Positions 1-10,282 of a DNA stretch of 64,000 nt are shown piece by piece. Where the stretch lies: the sequence record MZ234052.1; one strand, written 5' to 3'. The notes under the pieces are model-generated. The model worked only from the letters and a program-made list of their open reading frames with translations, did not search any database and had not been told where the DNA came from. A program made the position numbers and the translations under genes. This DNA comes from Escherichia phage vB_EcoM-PM133. Numbering within the stretch: position 1 is the stretch's first letter; the number at the start of each line of letters is the position of its first letter.

Positions 1-1347
1 TTCATTAGCTTTCATTAAAGCATTTTTTCTTTCTTCCGGTGAAAGTTGTTTTAATTTTTCTTCTTCTGCTGCACGTTCTTCGTCAGTAGTCAATGCTTCT
101 TTATTATCTACACCACGAATCCAGTTAGATGCACGAGTTTTCCAGTTCGCAATTTTGTCTAATCCTTTTGCTATTGGGCCAAGATCATCATTCATTCGTT
201 TATCTTGATAATTTGCTACTTTTTCTTGGTCTTCTTTATTAAGAGATGCTCCAGTAGAATTTTGGAAATTTTCTAATGCTCTTCCTTCTACTTCATCAGC
301 AGTATCCTTCATGCCAGGAATGACTCGAAGAATTGCTGCAGATAATTTAGCCATACCTAATTGAATAAGCTCTCCTAAATTATAAAGAACACTTCCAAGC
401 CCTTCAACAATAGCTACTGTTAATCCGCCCCAATCTCCAGCTTCCCAGAACTTTTTAATTTCATCAATAGATTCAAAGATGCTTTGTAATAAAGGGCCCC
501 AAGTTCCTGTTTCGCTTGAGAAAGTTTTAAAATCAGTGCTAAATAAATCCCAGGCTTTTGAAAATTTATCTGACCAGTATTTAAAATGAACCATCAGCAG
601 GTCTATTCCAATAACAACAGCCATTATCAATGCAACCATTTTAGCAGCTTCAATAGCAGCACTGACGGTATACTTAAATAGCATGCTAGATATTTTATCA
701 GTAATTGAAATAGATTTCTTAAATCCGAAATCAACTGTCTTTGTTAATTTATCTAAAGCTTGAGATAATTTTAAGTTAAATGCGTCTCTTTTTTGCTTCT
801 CTTCTGGAGACTCTTGTTTTGGTTCAATTGGCTGAGGAGTAGGGAAAAAATCAGCATCAGGATCATTATTAACTGCTTCAGGAGCCGGTAATAAAGGACC
901 CACAGATTCAGCTGTATCATCCTCGACGACTTTAACAGGAATAGCATTTTCGACTACTGCTAAACTCGTTCCAGTCTGTTGAATTCCAGCTGTTTGAATT
1001 TTTTGTTCTAATAAACTCGTTAATTTATCTAATTTGCTTCCGAGTGATTCGCCTATTTCTTTATTGATATTATTGCCAATTTCAACAGTCTCGGCAATTA
1101 ACTCAGAACCGGCAGTAGTATCACTTACTGCGCTTTCAACGTTATCAATTGCTCCAACTATTTCATTTGATTTTTCTTCAACAGTCTGAGCTATTAATTC
1201 AGAGGCAGCTTGAGCATCATCTAATTTTGTAGAAATGTCATTAAGACCAGATAAAGTATTAGAAGCGGATTTAGCCGCTTCCTGTGTTGGTTTATTATCT
1301 GAAATAACTTTTCTACGCATCGTTTGCATTTCTTGTGGCTTTTTCAT
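1..1347 (-). CDS. 29: gp29 baseplate hub / tail length determinator (partial, 3' end beyond window edge)
   Basis: Minus-strand ATG at 1347 gives [22 protein letters not shown]...; frame stays open to position 1; recalled T4 gp29 N-terminus. Confidence 0.85.
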   Translation of the reverse strand, partial: MKKPQEMQTMRRKVISDNKPTQEAAKSASNTLSGLNDISTKLDDAQAASELIAQTVEEKSNEIVGAIDNVESAVSDTTAGSELIAETVEIGNNINKEIGESLGSKLDKLTSLLEQKIQTAGIQQTGTSLAVVENAIPVKVVEDDTAESVGPLLPAPEAVNNDPDADFFPTPQPIEPKQESPEEKQKRDAFNLKLSQALDKLTKTVDFGFKKSISITDKISSMLFKYTVSAAIEAAKMVALIMAVVIGIDLLMVHFKYWSDKFSKAWDLFSTDFKTFSSETGTWGPLLQSIFESIDEIKKFWEAGDWGGLTVAIVEGLGSVLYNLGELIQLGMAKLSAAILRVIPGMKDTADEVEGRALENFQNSTGASLNKEDQEKVANYQDKRMNDDLGPIAKGLDKIANWKTRASNWIRGVDNKEALTTDEERAAEEEKLKQLSPEERKNALMKANE

Positions 1348-1877
1348 TCAAATAATCCAATAATATTGCCAATTCCGGTTATTGGACCATTAGGGCCAGG
1401 AATTGCTAAAGTTGTAGAAATATCATTTGCCCATTTTAAAACAAATGCTGGCATCTCAAGAAAATTAATTTCTTTAACTTCATCATTGACCTTAAGCAAG
1501 CATTTGGATAACATATCGCTTACAGTTAAAAATTGTTCAAATTTTCCAGGAGGTCTAAAATAAAATGTATTTCCTTGGTATTGAAATTCCAATCTTTGAC
1601 ATACATAAACGTCATTAATATCATAAGTATAACCATCTATTTCTTTACGAGATTTAATCTTTCCATTAAATTCCAATAAATGAATAGAAACGAAATCAAC
1701 TTCTGCCGGTGATAAATTCGGACAAATAGAATCAATAAGAAGTTTTAAATTTTCATCAGGACCTTTAACATCTTTTAAAATGTTATAATGTTTAAGACCC
1801 ATCTTAGGAATAGAAACTTCTTTATTACTTATTGGAAGAACTACTTTCTTCAGTGGTAGTATCAGATTTAAATTCAT
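1344..1877 (-). CDS. 28: gp28 baseplate hub distal subunit
   Basis: 177-aa ORF in the 51-27-28-29 hub gene order; length matches recalled T4 gp28. Confidence 0.8.
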   Translation of the reverse strand: MNLNLILPLKKVVLPISNKEVSIPKMGLKHYNILKDVKGPDENLKLLIDSICPNLSPAEVDFVSIHLLEFNGKIKSRKEIDGYTYDINDVYVCQRLEFQYQGNTFYFRPPGKFEQFLTVSDMLSKCLLKVNDEVKEINFLEMPAFVLKWANDISTTLAIPGPNGPITGIGNIIGLFE

Positions 1878-2997
1878 TTTTAACCTTAACTGGGTCTATT
1901 GTTTCCAGTTTCGTCGCATTAGTGAACATATATAGATGAGTTACTGAATTATTATTTGATAATTCATGGATAACTTCATCAACGTAAAATTCTGTTTTAA
2001 ATTGGTTTTTACTATCATTAAAAATAATTTTAACACCAGGAGTCAAGTTAAAATTACCGACAGTAGAACATTTAGCATAGCCATCATATTGCGCCATAGT
2101 TTGAAGACGAATAGCTTCTTCATAGCCATTTCTATAAGTCATTTCAGAATAAGCACCTGACCTTGACACTACAATAGAGTTTTCACCCTTTCCTGTAGTA
2201 ATCATTGGCAGTGAAGAATCTAAAAACGAATGAGCATAGATAGTAGCATTTTTCATTGGATCACGTTTATGCGGGTTTGATTTAGTCAACCAAACAAAAT
2301 CATATGCTAATGGATATTTCAATTCTTGGACGAATTGACCTATTAAAGTTGGCTCACCTACAATCATTGGATATGGTTCTTGATTTATCATCATATCATA
2401 GTCCATCATGTTAACTCCCATGATGTCTTGCCATACAAATACGAACTTATCGCTTCCTACCGCTAGAGCAACTTCTCTTACATAGGACAAATAATTTTCA
2501 AATGTACTAGTCCATGGAATATCAGGAACATAAGCATTTATAGCATTTATTGCTGGAGTTAATAACGTGCGATCCTGATAAATGACACCAAGCATTTCCT
2601 TTATAGATTCACCTGCATCAGAGAAAAACGGTCTGCCAAATTTAAGATTTTCTATAGAATGAATAGTTCCCAATTCAATAGCAATGATGTTATCACCCTT
2701 TGAATCTACCGATACGGAAAAGTGCTTACATCCATAAATTCGTGTTTTAACATTATTAATATCGTTTGCATTAGCTACAGAAATCTGAATTATTTCATTT
2801 CCATCCATTTTTGTATGGATATTTTTAGAATCATAAAATTGTAGCATTCCTTCATTTCGACCATAAAGAGAATCCCGCATAGTTAATGTGGTAATAGTAG
2901 CAGCTAATTCAACAAATCTATTATTACTCCAAGCGTCATAACTCTCAAATAATTTAACGCTGAGATTTGGATATCCGGGGCGTTGCAACATACTCAT
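1825..2997 (-). CDS. 27: gp27 baseplate hub subunit
   Basis: 390-aa ORF starting [17 protein letters not shown]; matches recalled T4 gp27. Confidence 0.9.
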   Translation of the reverse strand: MSMLQRPGYPNLSVKLFESYDAWSNNRFVELAATITTLTMRDSLYGRNEGMLQFYDSKNIHTKMDGNEIIQISVANANDINNVKTRIYGCKHFSVSVDSKGDNIIAIELGTIHSIENLKFGRPFFSDAGESIKEMLGVIYQDRTLLTPAINAINAYVPDIPWTSTFENYLSYVREVALAVGSDKFVFVWQDIMGVNMMDYDMMINQEPYPMIVGEPTLIGQFVQELKYPLAYDFVWLTKSNPHKRDPMKNATIYAHSFLDSSLPMITTGKGENSIVVSRSGAYSEMTYRNGYEEAIRLQTMAQYDGYAKCSTVGNFNLTPGVKIIFNDSKNQFKTEFYVDEVIHELSNNNSVTHLYMFTNATKLETIDPVKVKNEFKSDTTTEESSSSNK

Positions 2998-3746
2998 TGT
3001 TGTTTATCCTTCTCAATCAGTTTTAATACGAATCCGCGCTCAGCAGGAATCATTTTCATTATTGAATTTAAGCTATAATTACTTTTTACAAGTGTGTGAT
3101 TAATTTGATAAAAAGTAAATATCTCATCTGGATTAACTAATAGCTTAAACACATCTACTATATCAGTGTATTTTTTTACATACTTATTACAACACGACAT
3201 ATGCAGTGTTAAATTAATAGGATTCATTGCATCGAGAATTTTTTCTAATGTTTCTATCTCGATGGCATCAACAAGTTCTATTTGACTCGATTCGCTAATT
3301 TCCTTCCAATCATACCACATTTCATCTACTTGAACGGAATGAATATTTTCAGTAATCATCTTTGCTTTATTTTCATAAAACTCAGAAGGAAACTTTAATT
3401 TAATTTTAACATTAGCTACATCAAAATCAGGTTCCTTTAATTCTTTTTGATATATTTCAAATGGAACTGTCTTTTCTTTTTTGCATTTTGGACATACAAA
3501 TGTAACCGGTACTTTAGTTTTACCTATTGACCCTACAAATACCTGCAAAAATATAAATGGTTGCCAAGTCTTCGGATAGTCTCCAAAATAATCGGCAATT
3601 AAATCAGCAATTATTTCTTTTTGTTCTTGTGGTGACCGATGTTCTATATCGTTTCGAACTAACAAAAAATCTCGATAATCTTCTACCGTAAATGGTTTAA
3701 AACGATGAACACCATCTGGTAATTTACAACGAATAATGTTTGCCAT
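2994..3746 (-). CDS. 51: gp51 baseplate hub assembly catalyst
   Basis: 250-aa ORF with CPKCKK zinc-ribbon-like motif; position and length as T4 gp51. Confidence 0.8.
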   Translation of the reverse strand: MANIIRCKLPDGVHRFKPFTVEDYRDFLLVRNDIEHRSPQEQKEIIADLIADYFGDYPKTWQPFIFLQVFVGSIGKTKVPVTFVCPKCKKEKTVPFEIYQKELKEPDFDVANVKIKLKFPSEFYENKAKMITENIHSVQVDEMWYDWKEISESSQIELVDAIEIETLEKILDAMNPINLTLHMSCCNKYVKKYTDIVDVFKLLVNPDEIFTFYQINHTLVKSNYSLNSIMKMIPAERGFVLKLIEKDKQQ

Positions 3747-3763
3747 AGATGCTCCTTTTATTC

Positions 3764-3775
3764 TATTTATAAATA
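3764..3775. promoter_or_regulatory. overlapping divergent late promoters (genes 51 and 26)
   Basis: TATTTATAAATA reads TATAAATA on both strands: minus 3764-3771 for gene 51, plus 3768-3775 for gene 26. Confidence 0.6.
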
Positions 3776-3796
3776 TGATAAATAAAGGAGCTAAAT

Positions 3797-4423
3797 ATGT
3801 ATGAATACAAATTTGATGTGAGAGTTGGTTCTAAAATAATCAACTGTCGCGCATTTACTCTTAAAGAATATCTAGAACTTATTACTGCTAAAAAGAATGG
3901 TTCAGTAGAAGAGATTGTTAAAAAGCTAATCAAAGACTGTACAAATGCAAAAGATTTAAACCGCCAAGAATCAGAACTATTACTGATTCATTTATGGGCG
4001 CATTCTCTTGGAGAAGTTAATCACGAAAACTCCTGGAAGTGCACCTGTGGAACTGAAATACCAACCCATATAAATCTATTACATACACAAATAGATGCAC
4101 CAGAAGACCTCTGGTATACACTGGGTGACATTAAAATTAAATTCCATTACCCTAAAATTTTTGATGATAAAAATATAGCCCACATGATAGTATCATGTAT
4201 AGAAACGATTCATGCTAACGGTGAAAGCATTCCAGTTGAAGACTTAAATGAAAAAGAACTGGAAGATTTATATTCTATCATCACAGAGTCAGATATTGTA
4301 GCTATAAAAGATATGCTTTTAAAGCCTACTGTTTATTTGGCTGTTCCAATTAAATGTCCAGAGTGTGGAAAAACTCACGCTCATGTAATAAGAGGACTCA
4401 AAGAATTCTTTGAGCTATTGTAA
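3797..4423 (+). CDS. 26: gp26 baseplate hub subunit
   Basis: 208-aa ORF with RBS AAAGGAG upstream; stop overlaps gp25 start (TAATG). Confidence 0.8.
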   Translation: MYEYKFDVRVGSKIINCRAFTLKEYLELITAKKNGSVEEIVKKLIKDCTNAKDLNRQESELLLIHLWAHSLGEVNHENSWKCTCGTEIPTHINLLHTQIDAPEDLWYTLGDIKIKFHYPKIFDDKNIAHMIVSCIETIHANGESIPVEDLNEKELEDLYSIITESDIVAIKDMLLKPTVYLAVPIKCPECGKTHAHVIRGLKEFFELL

Positions 4424-4821
4424 TGGCAAATATTAATAAGCTTTATTCTGATATTGACCCAGAGATGAAAATGGATTGGAACAAAGACGTTTCAAGATCA
4501 CTTGGATTAAGGTCAATTAAAAATAGTCTTTTAGGAATTATTACAACAAGAAAAGGTTCAAGACCGTTTGACCCTGAATTTGGATGCGATTTATCTGACC
4601 AACTTTTTGAGAATATGACTCCTCTTACTGCTGACACGGTTGAGCGTAATATCGAAAGCGCAGTAAGAAACTATGAGCCACGTATTGATAAATTAGCAGT
4701 TAATGTAATACCGGTTTATGATGATTATACTTTGATAGTAGAAATACGCTTTTCAGTCATCGATAACCCTGATGATATTGAGCAAATAAAACTACAACTG
4801 GCTTCCAGTAATAGAGTATAA
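4423..4821 (+). CDS. 25: gp25 baseplate wedge subunit
   Basis: 132-aa [43 protein letters not shown]; gp25 family. Confidence 0.9.
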   Translation: MANINKLYSDIDPEMKMDWNKDVSRSLGLRSIKNSLLGIITTRKGSRPFDPEFGCDLSDQLFENMTPLTADTVERNIESAVRNYEPRIDKLAVNVIPVYDDYTLIVEIRFSVIDNPDDIEQIKLQLASSNRV

Positions 4822-4847
4822 TGCTTCACGTATAAACGTGGTATAAT
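4822..4847 (+). promoter_or_regulatory. MotA-dependent middle promoter upstream of uvsY
   Basis: MotA box aaTGCTTCA at 4820-4828, 13 nt spacer, TATAAT at 4842-4847, about 40 nt before the uvsY ATG. Confidence 0.5.
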
Positions 4848-4887
4848 GAATCTAAGTCCATCCAATAACAATTGAATAGAGAACAAT

Positions 4888-5301
4888 ATGAGATTAGAAG
4901 ATCTTCAAGAAGAATTGAAGAAAGATGTGTTTATAGATTCGACTAAATTACAGTATGAAGCAGCTAATAATGTGATGTTATATAGTAAATGGCTTAATAA
5001 GCATTCAAGTATTAAAAAGGAAATGCTTAGAATTGAAGCACAGAAAAAAGTTGCTCTTAAAGCTAAATTAGACTACTACTCGGGACGAGGAGATGGTGAT
5101 GAATTTAGTATGGATCGTTACGAGAAATCAGAAATGAAGACAGTTCTATCAGCTGATAAGGATGTTTTAAAAGTTGATACTTCATTACAATATTGGGGAA
5201 TTTTATTGGATTTCTGTAGCGGAGCTCTTGATGCTATTAAATCACGTGGATTTGCTATTAAGCATATTCAAGACATGCGAGCATTTGAGGCTGGAAAATA
5301 A
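4888..5301 (+). CDS. uvsY: UvsY recombination mediator
   Basis: 137-aa ORF MRLEDLQEELKKDVFIDSTKLQYEAANNVMLYSKWLN; recalled T4 UvsY. Confidence 0.85.
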   Translation: MRLEDLQEELKKDVFIDSTKLQYEAANNVMLYSKWLNKHSSIKKEMLRIEAQKKVALKAKLDYYSGRGDGDEFSMDRYEKSEMKTVLSADKDVLKVDTSLQYWGILLDFCSGALDAIKSRGFAIKHIQDMRAFEAGK

Positions 5302-5525
5302 TGAGATATAGCATTGATGATGCTTTTAATTATGAAGAAGAATTTGAAACTGAGATTCAATTCTTAATGAAAAAGCATAATCTTAAGCGTCAGGATATTC
5401 GTATCCTGGCCGATCACCCGTGTGGTGAAGATGTCCTTTATATTAAAGGAAAATTTGCCGGATATCTTGATGAATATTTTTATTCTAAAGATATGGGCAT
5501 TGATATGCATATGAGAGTTGTATAA
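5301..5525 (+). CDS. hypothetical protein (uvsY.-1 position)
   Basis: 74-aa ORF; ATG overlaps the uvsY stop (TAATG). Confidence 0.55.
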   Translation: MRYSIDDAFNYEEEFETEIQFLMKKHNLKRQDIRILADHPCGEDVLYIKGKFAGYLDEYFYSKDMGIDMHMRVV

Positions 5526-5553
5526 ATAGATATATAATTCAGAGGAGACAATC

Positions 5554-5721
5554 ATGTCAGATAAGATTTGTGTTGTCTGTAAAACTCCAATCGATTCTGC
5601 ATTGGTTGTTGAAACAGACAAAGGTCCTGTACATCCTGGGCCTTGCTATAATTACATTAAAGAACTACCAGTTTCAGAAAGTTCGGAAGAACAATTAAAT
5701 GAAACGCAACTTTTGCTATAG
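5554..5721 (+). CDS. small CxxC zinc-ribbon-like protein (uvsY.-2 position)
   Basis: 55-aa ORF below the ORF-track cutoff; RBS GAGGAG; CVVCKT...PGPC motif; followed by a terminator. Confidence 0.45.
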   Translation: MSDKICVVCKTPIDSALVVETDKGPVHPGPCYNYIKELPVSESSEEQLNETQLLL

Positions 5722-5744
5722 TGTGACCTTTAGTCTATAGTTTT

Positions 5745-5773
5745 GGCCCTTCCTTTTTGGTTGGGCCTTTTTT
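5745..5773 (+). terminator. rho-independent terminator after the uvsY operon
   Basis: Hairpin ggccc(13 nt)gggcc followed by TTTTTT. Confidence 0.6.
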
Positions 5774-5776
5774 AAT

Positions 5777-6019
5777 TTAAAAGCTTTCTTCTACTTCATC
5801 GTCTGAATCTTCTAATTCAGCTCTTTTTCCTGCCAAAGCATCTCTGACTGAGATGTCATCAGTATCTTTTAATTCAGTTTCTTTAACTCTTTTCTTATAA
5901 TAAGCTTCAAGTTCTTCTAAACCTTCTAATGTTTGACAAGAGGCAATTTTACCCATAAATTCATCAATAGAAGCTTCATAAAGAAATTGTTTAAATTCTA
6001 GTAACATCTTTTTCTCCAA
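5777..6019 (-). CDS. UvsW.1 small acidic protein
   Basis: 80-aa acidic ORF directly downstream of uvsW on the minus strand. Confidence 0.55.
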   Translation of the reverse strand: MEKKMLLEFKQFLYEASIDEFMGKIASCQTLEGLEELEAYYKKRVKETELKDTDDISVRDALAGKRAELEDSDDEVEESF

Positions 6020-6032
6020 AGGGCCGAAGCCC

Positions 6033-7544
6033 TTATAAATTAACTGTTTTCATTACGTAATTAAATTTTTCATCTGCGTAGCGCTGAATACGATCAATGC
6101 CGTGTTTTAAAAGATAGTTCAAATGAACGTATTTCTTTTTCGTATTAGCAGATTTTGGCTTAACGCCACAATCATCTATGAGGTCCCAGACTGTTGCGAT
6201 TGTTTTAGAACCATGCTTACGTAATACACGACCGATTGTTTGTAATACAATGATTTTTGATTTAACACCGTGTGCTAAAACAACGTGATGCAGATTTTTA
6301 ACTGAAATACCAGTAGAAAATACACCATAACTAGCTACTATAATTATTCCTTTACCGTTTTCAGCTAAGGTTTTCATTATATTGCGGGTTTCGGTATCAA
6401 CTTCCCCTGATACGTAATAAACTTTATCGTATTCATTTTTAATTAAATCGAAAATAGCTTTACCATGCGATACATGTTTAAACATGACAAAAGCGTTTTC
6501 ATCTTTTTGTGCAAGCTTAATAGCCAATTTAGCGATCCATTTATTTCTTTTACTAAGCCCAGTAATAATTTTTATTTCTTCTTGGTAAGTTTTTCCCTTT
6601 AATTTAGTAGTGAACTCATCGGGATAGCGAAGAAAAATACTATTAATTTTTAACTCAGTTACTTGTCCATCTTCCATTAATTTAGAGGTCGTTACTGGCT
6701 TAAATATTTCACCAAACATTCCAACATACTGCATGATATTGGCTTTGCCATCACGTAATGAACCAGACAAACCAAATTTGAACATGCAGTTATTTAAACC
6801 TGATATGATAGATGAAATACTTTTTCCTGTAGCAAGATGACATTCATCATTCATCATCATTCCAAACTGTGAGAACCATTCTTTCGGTTGTTTTACTACA
6901 GTTTGCCATGTACCAACGACGACTGGTGCATCATTTTTATATTTATCATCTTTTGATGCTCCGCCACCAATTTTCTTTATCATTGCATGGCTGAATAAAC
7001 GATAGTCGACGAAGTCATCAGCCATCTGAGTTGTTAGAGCAGTTGTTGGAACAATGATAAGAATTTTACCTTCATAATTTTCCAAATAATATCGCGCAAG
7101 CAAAGCTTGAATTAACGATTTACCAGCGGATGTTGGAAGATTAAGAATTCTACGACGATTAACTAATCCTTCGAACACTGCATCTTTTTGATACCAGTGT
7201 GGTTCAATTCTTTTATTTCCTGAATAGATTTCTAATTTAGAAAGCCATTCATCAAAATCTTTTCTTGATAATTCTTCTTTTTCGTTAATCTGTGGGTCAA
7301 TCCAGGCTTTATAGCCAAAGTTATCACAGAACTTTTTAATTTGCCCGACTAAGCCGAATGGAAGAAGACGATTATAATCTAACAGACGGATTCGTCCATC
7401 CCAGTGGCCATATCTGTACTTCGGATTAAAACGATACCCATCAGCTTCAAAGCTAAAGAAATCACGGAGTTCATGAAATGTACTTTCTTCACAATCAATT
7501 CTCACGTGACTAAAATCATAAAAATGTACTTTAATGTCAGTCAT
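6033..7544 (-). CDS. uvsW: UvsW SF2 DNA/RNA helicase
   Basis: 503-aa ORF with Walker A (PTSAGKS) and DECH box; recalled T4 UvsW. Confidence 0.9.
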   Translation of the reverse strand: MTDIKVHFYDFSHVRIDCEESTFHELRDFFSFEADGYRFNPKYRYGHWDGRIRLLDYNRLLPFGLVGQIKKFCDNFGYKAWIDPQINEKEELSRKDFDEWLSKLEIYSGNKRIEPHWYQKDAVFEGLVNRRRILNLPTSAGKSLIQALLARYYLENYEGKILIIVPTTALTTQMADDFVDYRLFSHAMIKKIGGGASKDDKYKNDAPVVVGTWQTVVKQPKEWFSQFGMMMNDECHLATGKSISSIISGLNNCMFKFGLSGSLRDGKANIMQYVGMFGEIFKPVTTSKLMEDGQVTELKINSIFLRYPDEFTTKLKGKTYQEEIKIITGLSKRNKWIAKLAIKLAQKDENAFVMFKHVSHGKAIFDLIKNEYDKVYYVSGEVDTETRNIMKTLAENGKGIIIVASYGVFSTGISVKNLHHVVLAHGVKSKIIVLQTIGRVLRKHGSKTIATVWDLIDDCGVKPKSANTKKKYVHLNYLLKHGIDRIQRYADEKFNYVMKTVNL

Positions 7545-7573
7545 GTCTAAATACCATGTAATAAATATATCTA

Positions 7574-7581
7574 TATTTATA
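7574..7581 (-). promoter_or_regulatory. late promoter TATAAATA upstream of uvsW
   Basis: Plus-strand tatttata at 7574-7581, about 30 nt upstream of the uvsW start. Confidence 0.5.
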
Positions 7582-7594
7582 CTGAGGAAATATT

Positions 7595-8275
7595 ATGATA
7601 GATAAAGATTATATTGCAGAGCTGAAGGCTCTTGATGATAACAAAGAAGCTAAAGCTAAATTAGCTGAATATGCTGAACAGTTTGGTATAAAGGTCAAAA
7701 AGAATAAATCTTTTGATAATATCGTTGTTGATATTGAAGAAGCCCTCCAGAAGCTCGCTAGTGAACCTATGCCGGAGACTGATGGGTTATCTATTAAAGA
7801 CTTAATTGATGCTGCTGATGCTGCAGAGGGGTTAAAATATGACGATGAAGAAGTCAATCCAGAAGCAGCACTTTTGATTGATTCTCCGGTTAAATCTGAC
7901 ATTAAAATTGAAGTAGTAGAAACAGATAAAATTCCTGAAAATACCACTGTTTTAATTGAAGATACTCCTTTTGTTGAAGAAAAATTCGAACAGGCTGTAG
8001 CTGAGATTATTGAATCTGAAAAGCCGTCTGTATTTACTCTTCCGGAAAACTTTAGCCCGAATCTTCAGTTGATTGGAAAAAATCCAGGATTCTGTACTGT
8101 TCCTTGGTGGATTTATCAATGGATTGCTGAAACTCCTGATTGGAAATCTCACCCAACTAGTTTTGAACATGCGTCAGCACACCAAACTTTATTTAGCTTA
8201 ATTTATTACATTAACCGTGACGGATCAGTTTTAATTCGTGAAACACGCAACTCTTCTTTCGTAACATTAAAATAA
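7595..8275 (+). CDS. inh: Inh, inhibitor of prohead protease gp21
   Basis: 226-aa ORF at the conserved position upstream of hoc; length matches T4 Inh. Confidence 0.7.
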   Translation: MIDKDYIAELKALDDNKEAKAKLAEYAEQFGIKVKKNKSFDNIVVDIEEALQKLASEPMPETDGLSIKDLIDAADAAEGLKYDDEEVNPEAALLIDSPVKSDIKIEVVETDKIPENTTVLIEDTPFVEEKFEQAVAEIIESEKPSVFTLPENFSPNLQLIGKNPGFCTVPWWIYQWIAETPDWKSHPTSFEHASAHQTLFSLIYYINRDGSVLIRETRNSSFVTLK

Positions 8276-8284
8276 GGATAACTT

Positions 8285-9703
8285 ATGACTTTTACAGTTG
8301 ATATAACTCCTAAAACACCGACAGGGGTTATTGATGAAACTAAGCAGTTTACTGCTACACCCAGTGGTGAAACTGGAGGCGGAACTATTACATATGCTTG
8401 GACTGTAGATGATGCTCCACAAGATGGAGCTGAAGCAACTTTTGATTATGTATTAAAAGGACCTGCTGGACAAAAGACTATTAAAGTAGTTGCAACAAAT
8501 ACAGTTCCAGATACTGATGCTGAAACAGCAGAAGCTACTACAACTATCACAGTTCAAAATAAGACACAAACAACTACTTTAGCTGTAACTCCTGGTAGCC
8601 CTGATGCTGGAGTGATTGGAACTCCAATTGAATTTACCGCTGCCTTAGCTTCACAGCCATCAGGTGCAAACGCTACGTATCAATGGCACGTTGACGGTTC
8701 TCCTGTAGACGAAGCAACTGACGCTACATTCAATTACACTCCTGACACAAGCGGAGTTAAAAAAATCAAGTGTGTAGCTCAAGTAACTGCGGCAGATTAT
8801 GATGCACTAAGCGTTACTTCTAATGAAGTATCATTGACTGTTAATAAAAAGGAGCAGACAACTACTTTGGCAGTAACTCCTGATAGTCCTCCAGCGGGAG
8901 TAATCGGAACCCCAGTTCAATTTACTGCTGCCTTAGCTTCTCAACCTGATGGAGCGTCTGCTACGTATCAGTGGTATGTAGATGATTCACAAGTTGGTGG
9001 AGAAACTAACTCTACATTTAGCTATACTCCAACTACAAGTGGAGTAAAAAGAATTAAATGCGTAGCCCAAGTAACTGCTGAAAATTACAATGAAAAGGAA
9101 GTTACTTCTAATGAAGTATCATTGACAGTTAATAAGAAGACAATGAATCCACAGGTTACATTGACTCCTCCTTCTATTAATGTTCAGCAAGATGCTTCGG
9201 CTACATTTACGGCTAATGTTACGGGTGCTCCAGAAGAAGCACAAATTACTTACTCATGGAAGAAAGATTCTTCTCCTGTAGAAGGGTCAACTAACATATA
9301 TACTGTCGATACCTCATCTGTTGGAAGTCAAACTATTGAAGTTACTGCTGTCGTTACTGCAACTGATTACGATAGCAAAACTATTACAGCAGAAGGTCAA
9401 GTTCAGGTAACTGATAAAGTTGCTCCAGAACCAGAAGGTGAACTACCTTATGTTCATCCTCTTCCACATCGTACTTCAGCTTATATCTGGTGCGGTTGGT
9501 GGGTTATGGATGAAATCCAAAAAATGACCGAAGAAGGTAAAGATTGGAAAACTGAAGATCCAGACAGTAAATACTACCTGCATCGTTACACTCTTCAGAA
9601 GATGATGAAAGACTATCCAGAAGTTGATGTTCAAGAATCACGCAATGGATACATCATTCATAAAACTGCTTTAGAAACTGGTATCATCTATACCTATCCA
9701 TAA
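8285..9703 (+). CDS. hoc: Hoc highly immunogenic outer capsid protein, with an extra tandem Ig-like domain
   Basis: 472-aa ORF with Ig-like repeats and C-terminal capsid-binding region (YIWCGWWVMDEIQKM...IIYTYP); about 96 aa longer than recalled T4 Hoc (376 aa). Confidence 0.85.
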   Translation: MTFTVDITPKTPTGVIDETKQFTATPSGETGGGTITYAWTVDDAPQDGAEATFDYVLKGPAGQKTIKVVATNTVPDTDAETAEATTTITVQNKTQTTTLAVTPGSPDAGVIGTPIEFTAALASQPSGANATYQWHVDGSPVDEATDATFNYTPDTSGVKKIKCVAQVTAADYDALSVTSNEVSLTVNKKEQTTTLAVTPDSPPAGVIGTPVQFTAALASQPDGASATYQWYVDDSQVGGETNSTFSYTPTTSGVKRIKCVAQVTAENYNEKEVTSNEVSLTVNKKTMNPQVTLTPPSINVQQDASATFTANVTGAPEEAQITYSWKKDSSPVEGSTNIYTVDTSSVGSQTIEVTAVVTATDYDSKTITAEGQVQVTDKVAPEPEGELPYVHPLPHRTSAYIWCGWWVMDEIQKMTEEGKDWKTEDPDSKYYLHRYTLQKMMKDYPEVDVQESRNGYIIHKTALETGIIYTYP

Positions 9704-9708
9704 TCATA

Positions 9709-9735
9709 AGGGGCTTCGGCCCCTTTCTTCATTTT
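9709..9735 (+). terminator. rho-independent terminator after hoc
   Basis: Hairpin aaggggcttcggcccctt followed by a T-rich tract. Confidence 0.65.
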
Positions 9736-9792
9736 GAAAGCACACAAAACACAATCAGAAAATGATGTATATAATGGCACCAACTCGATAAC

Positions 9793-10008
9793 ATGAGATT
9801 GATTATGAGAACTGAGGTTGTGGTGTTTACTCTTCATGAGTCTGGAAAGTCATTCATTGAAATTGCTCGTGAATTAAACTTACAGGCAAAAGAAGTGGCT
9901 GTATTATGGGCTCGAGCTATGACTGCTAAAAATAAATTTGAAACTCGAGAAAAAGTCGTCTATAGAAAAAGACATATCAATAAAAAGGTGAAAAATGGAA
10001 CAGTATGA
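9793..10008 (+). CDS. hypothetical protein (24.3 position)
   Basis: 71-aa ORF between hoc and rnlB. Confidence 0.45.
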   Translation: MRLIMRTEVVVFTLHESGKSFIEIARELNLQAKEVAVLWARAMTAKNKFETREKVVYRKRHINKKVKNGTV

Positions 10009-10273
10009 TCTTTATGAAAATGAATCTTTTGCTAATCGATTACGCGAAAAAGCACTTAAAAGTAAACAGTTTAAGCTAGAGTGTTTTATTAAAGATTTTT
10101 CGGAACTTGCTAATAAAGCAGCTGAACAAGGTAAAACATATTTTAGTTATTATTGTACTGCTCGCGATAAATTGATTACTGAAGAAATTGGTGATTGGCT
10201 GAGAAAAGAAGGATTTAGCTTTAAAGTCAATAGTGATCAGCGTGATGGTGATTGGTTAGAAATTACATTTTGA
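9995..10273 (+). CDS. hypothetical protein (24.2 position)
   Basis: 92-aa ORF; start overlaps the preceding stop. Confidence 0.5.
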   Translation: MEQYDLYENESFANRLREKALKSKQFKLECFIKDFSELANKAAEQGKTYFSYYCTARDKLITEEIGDWLRKEGFSFKVNSDQRDGDWLEITF

Positions 10274-10282
10274 GGATTAATT

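Noticed and set aside
1324-1563. 79-aa plus-strand ORF
   Set aside because: Antisense overlap of the gp28/gp29 junction; minus-strand genes are strongly supported.
6018-6036. Hairpin aaagggccgaagcccttt at the uvsW / uvsW.1 junction as a terminator
   Set aside because: No U-tract on the transcribed strand and it overlaps the uvsW stop and the uvsW.1 RBS; more likely a coupling or stability structure.
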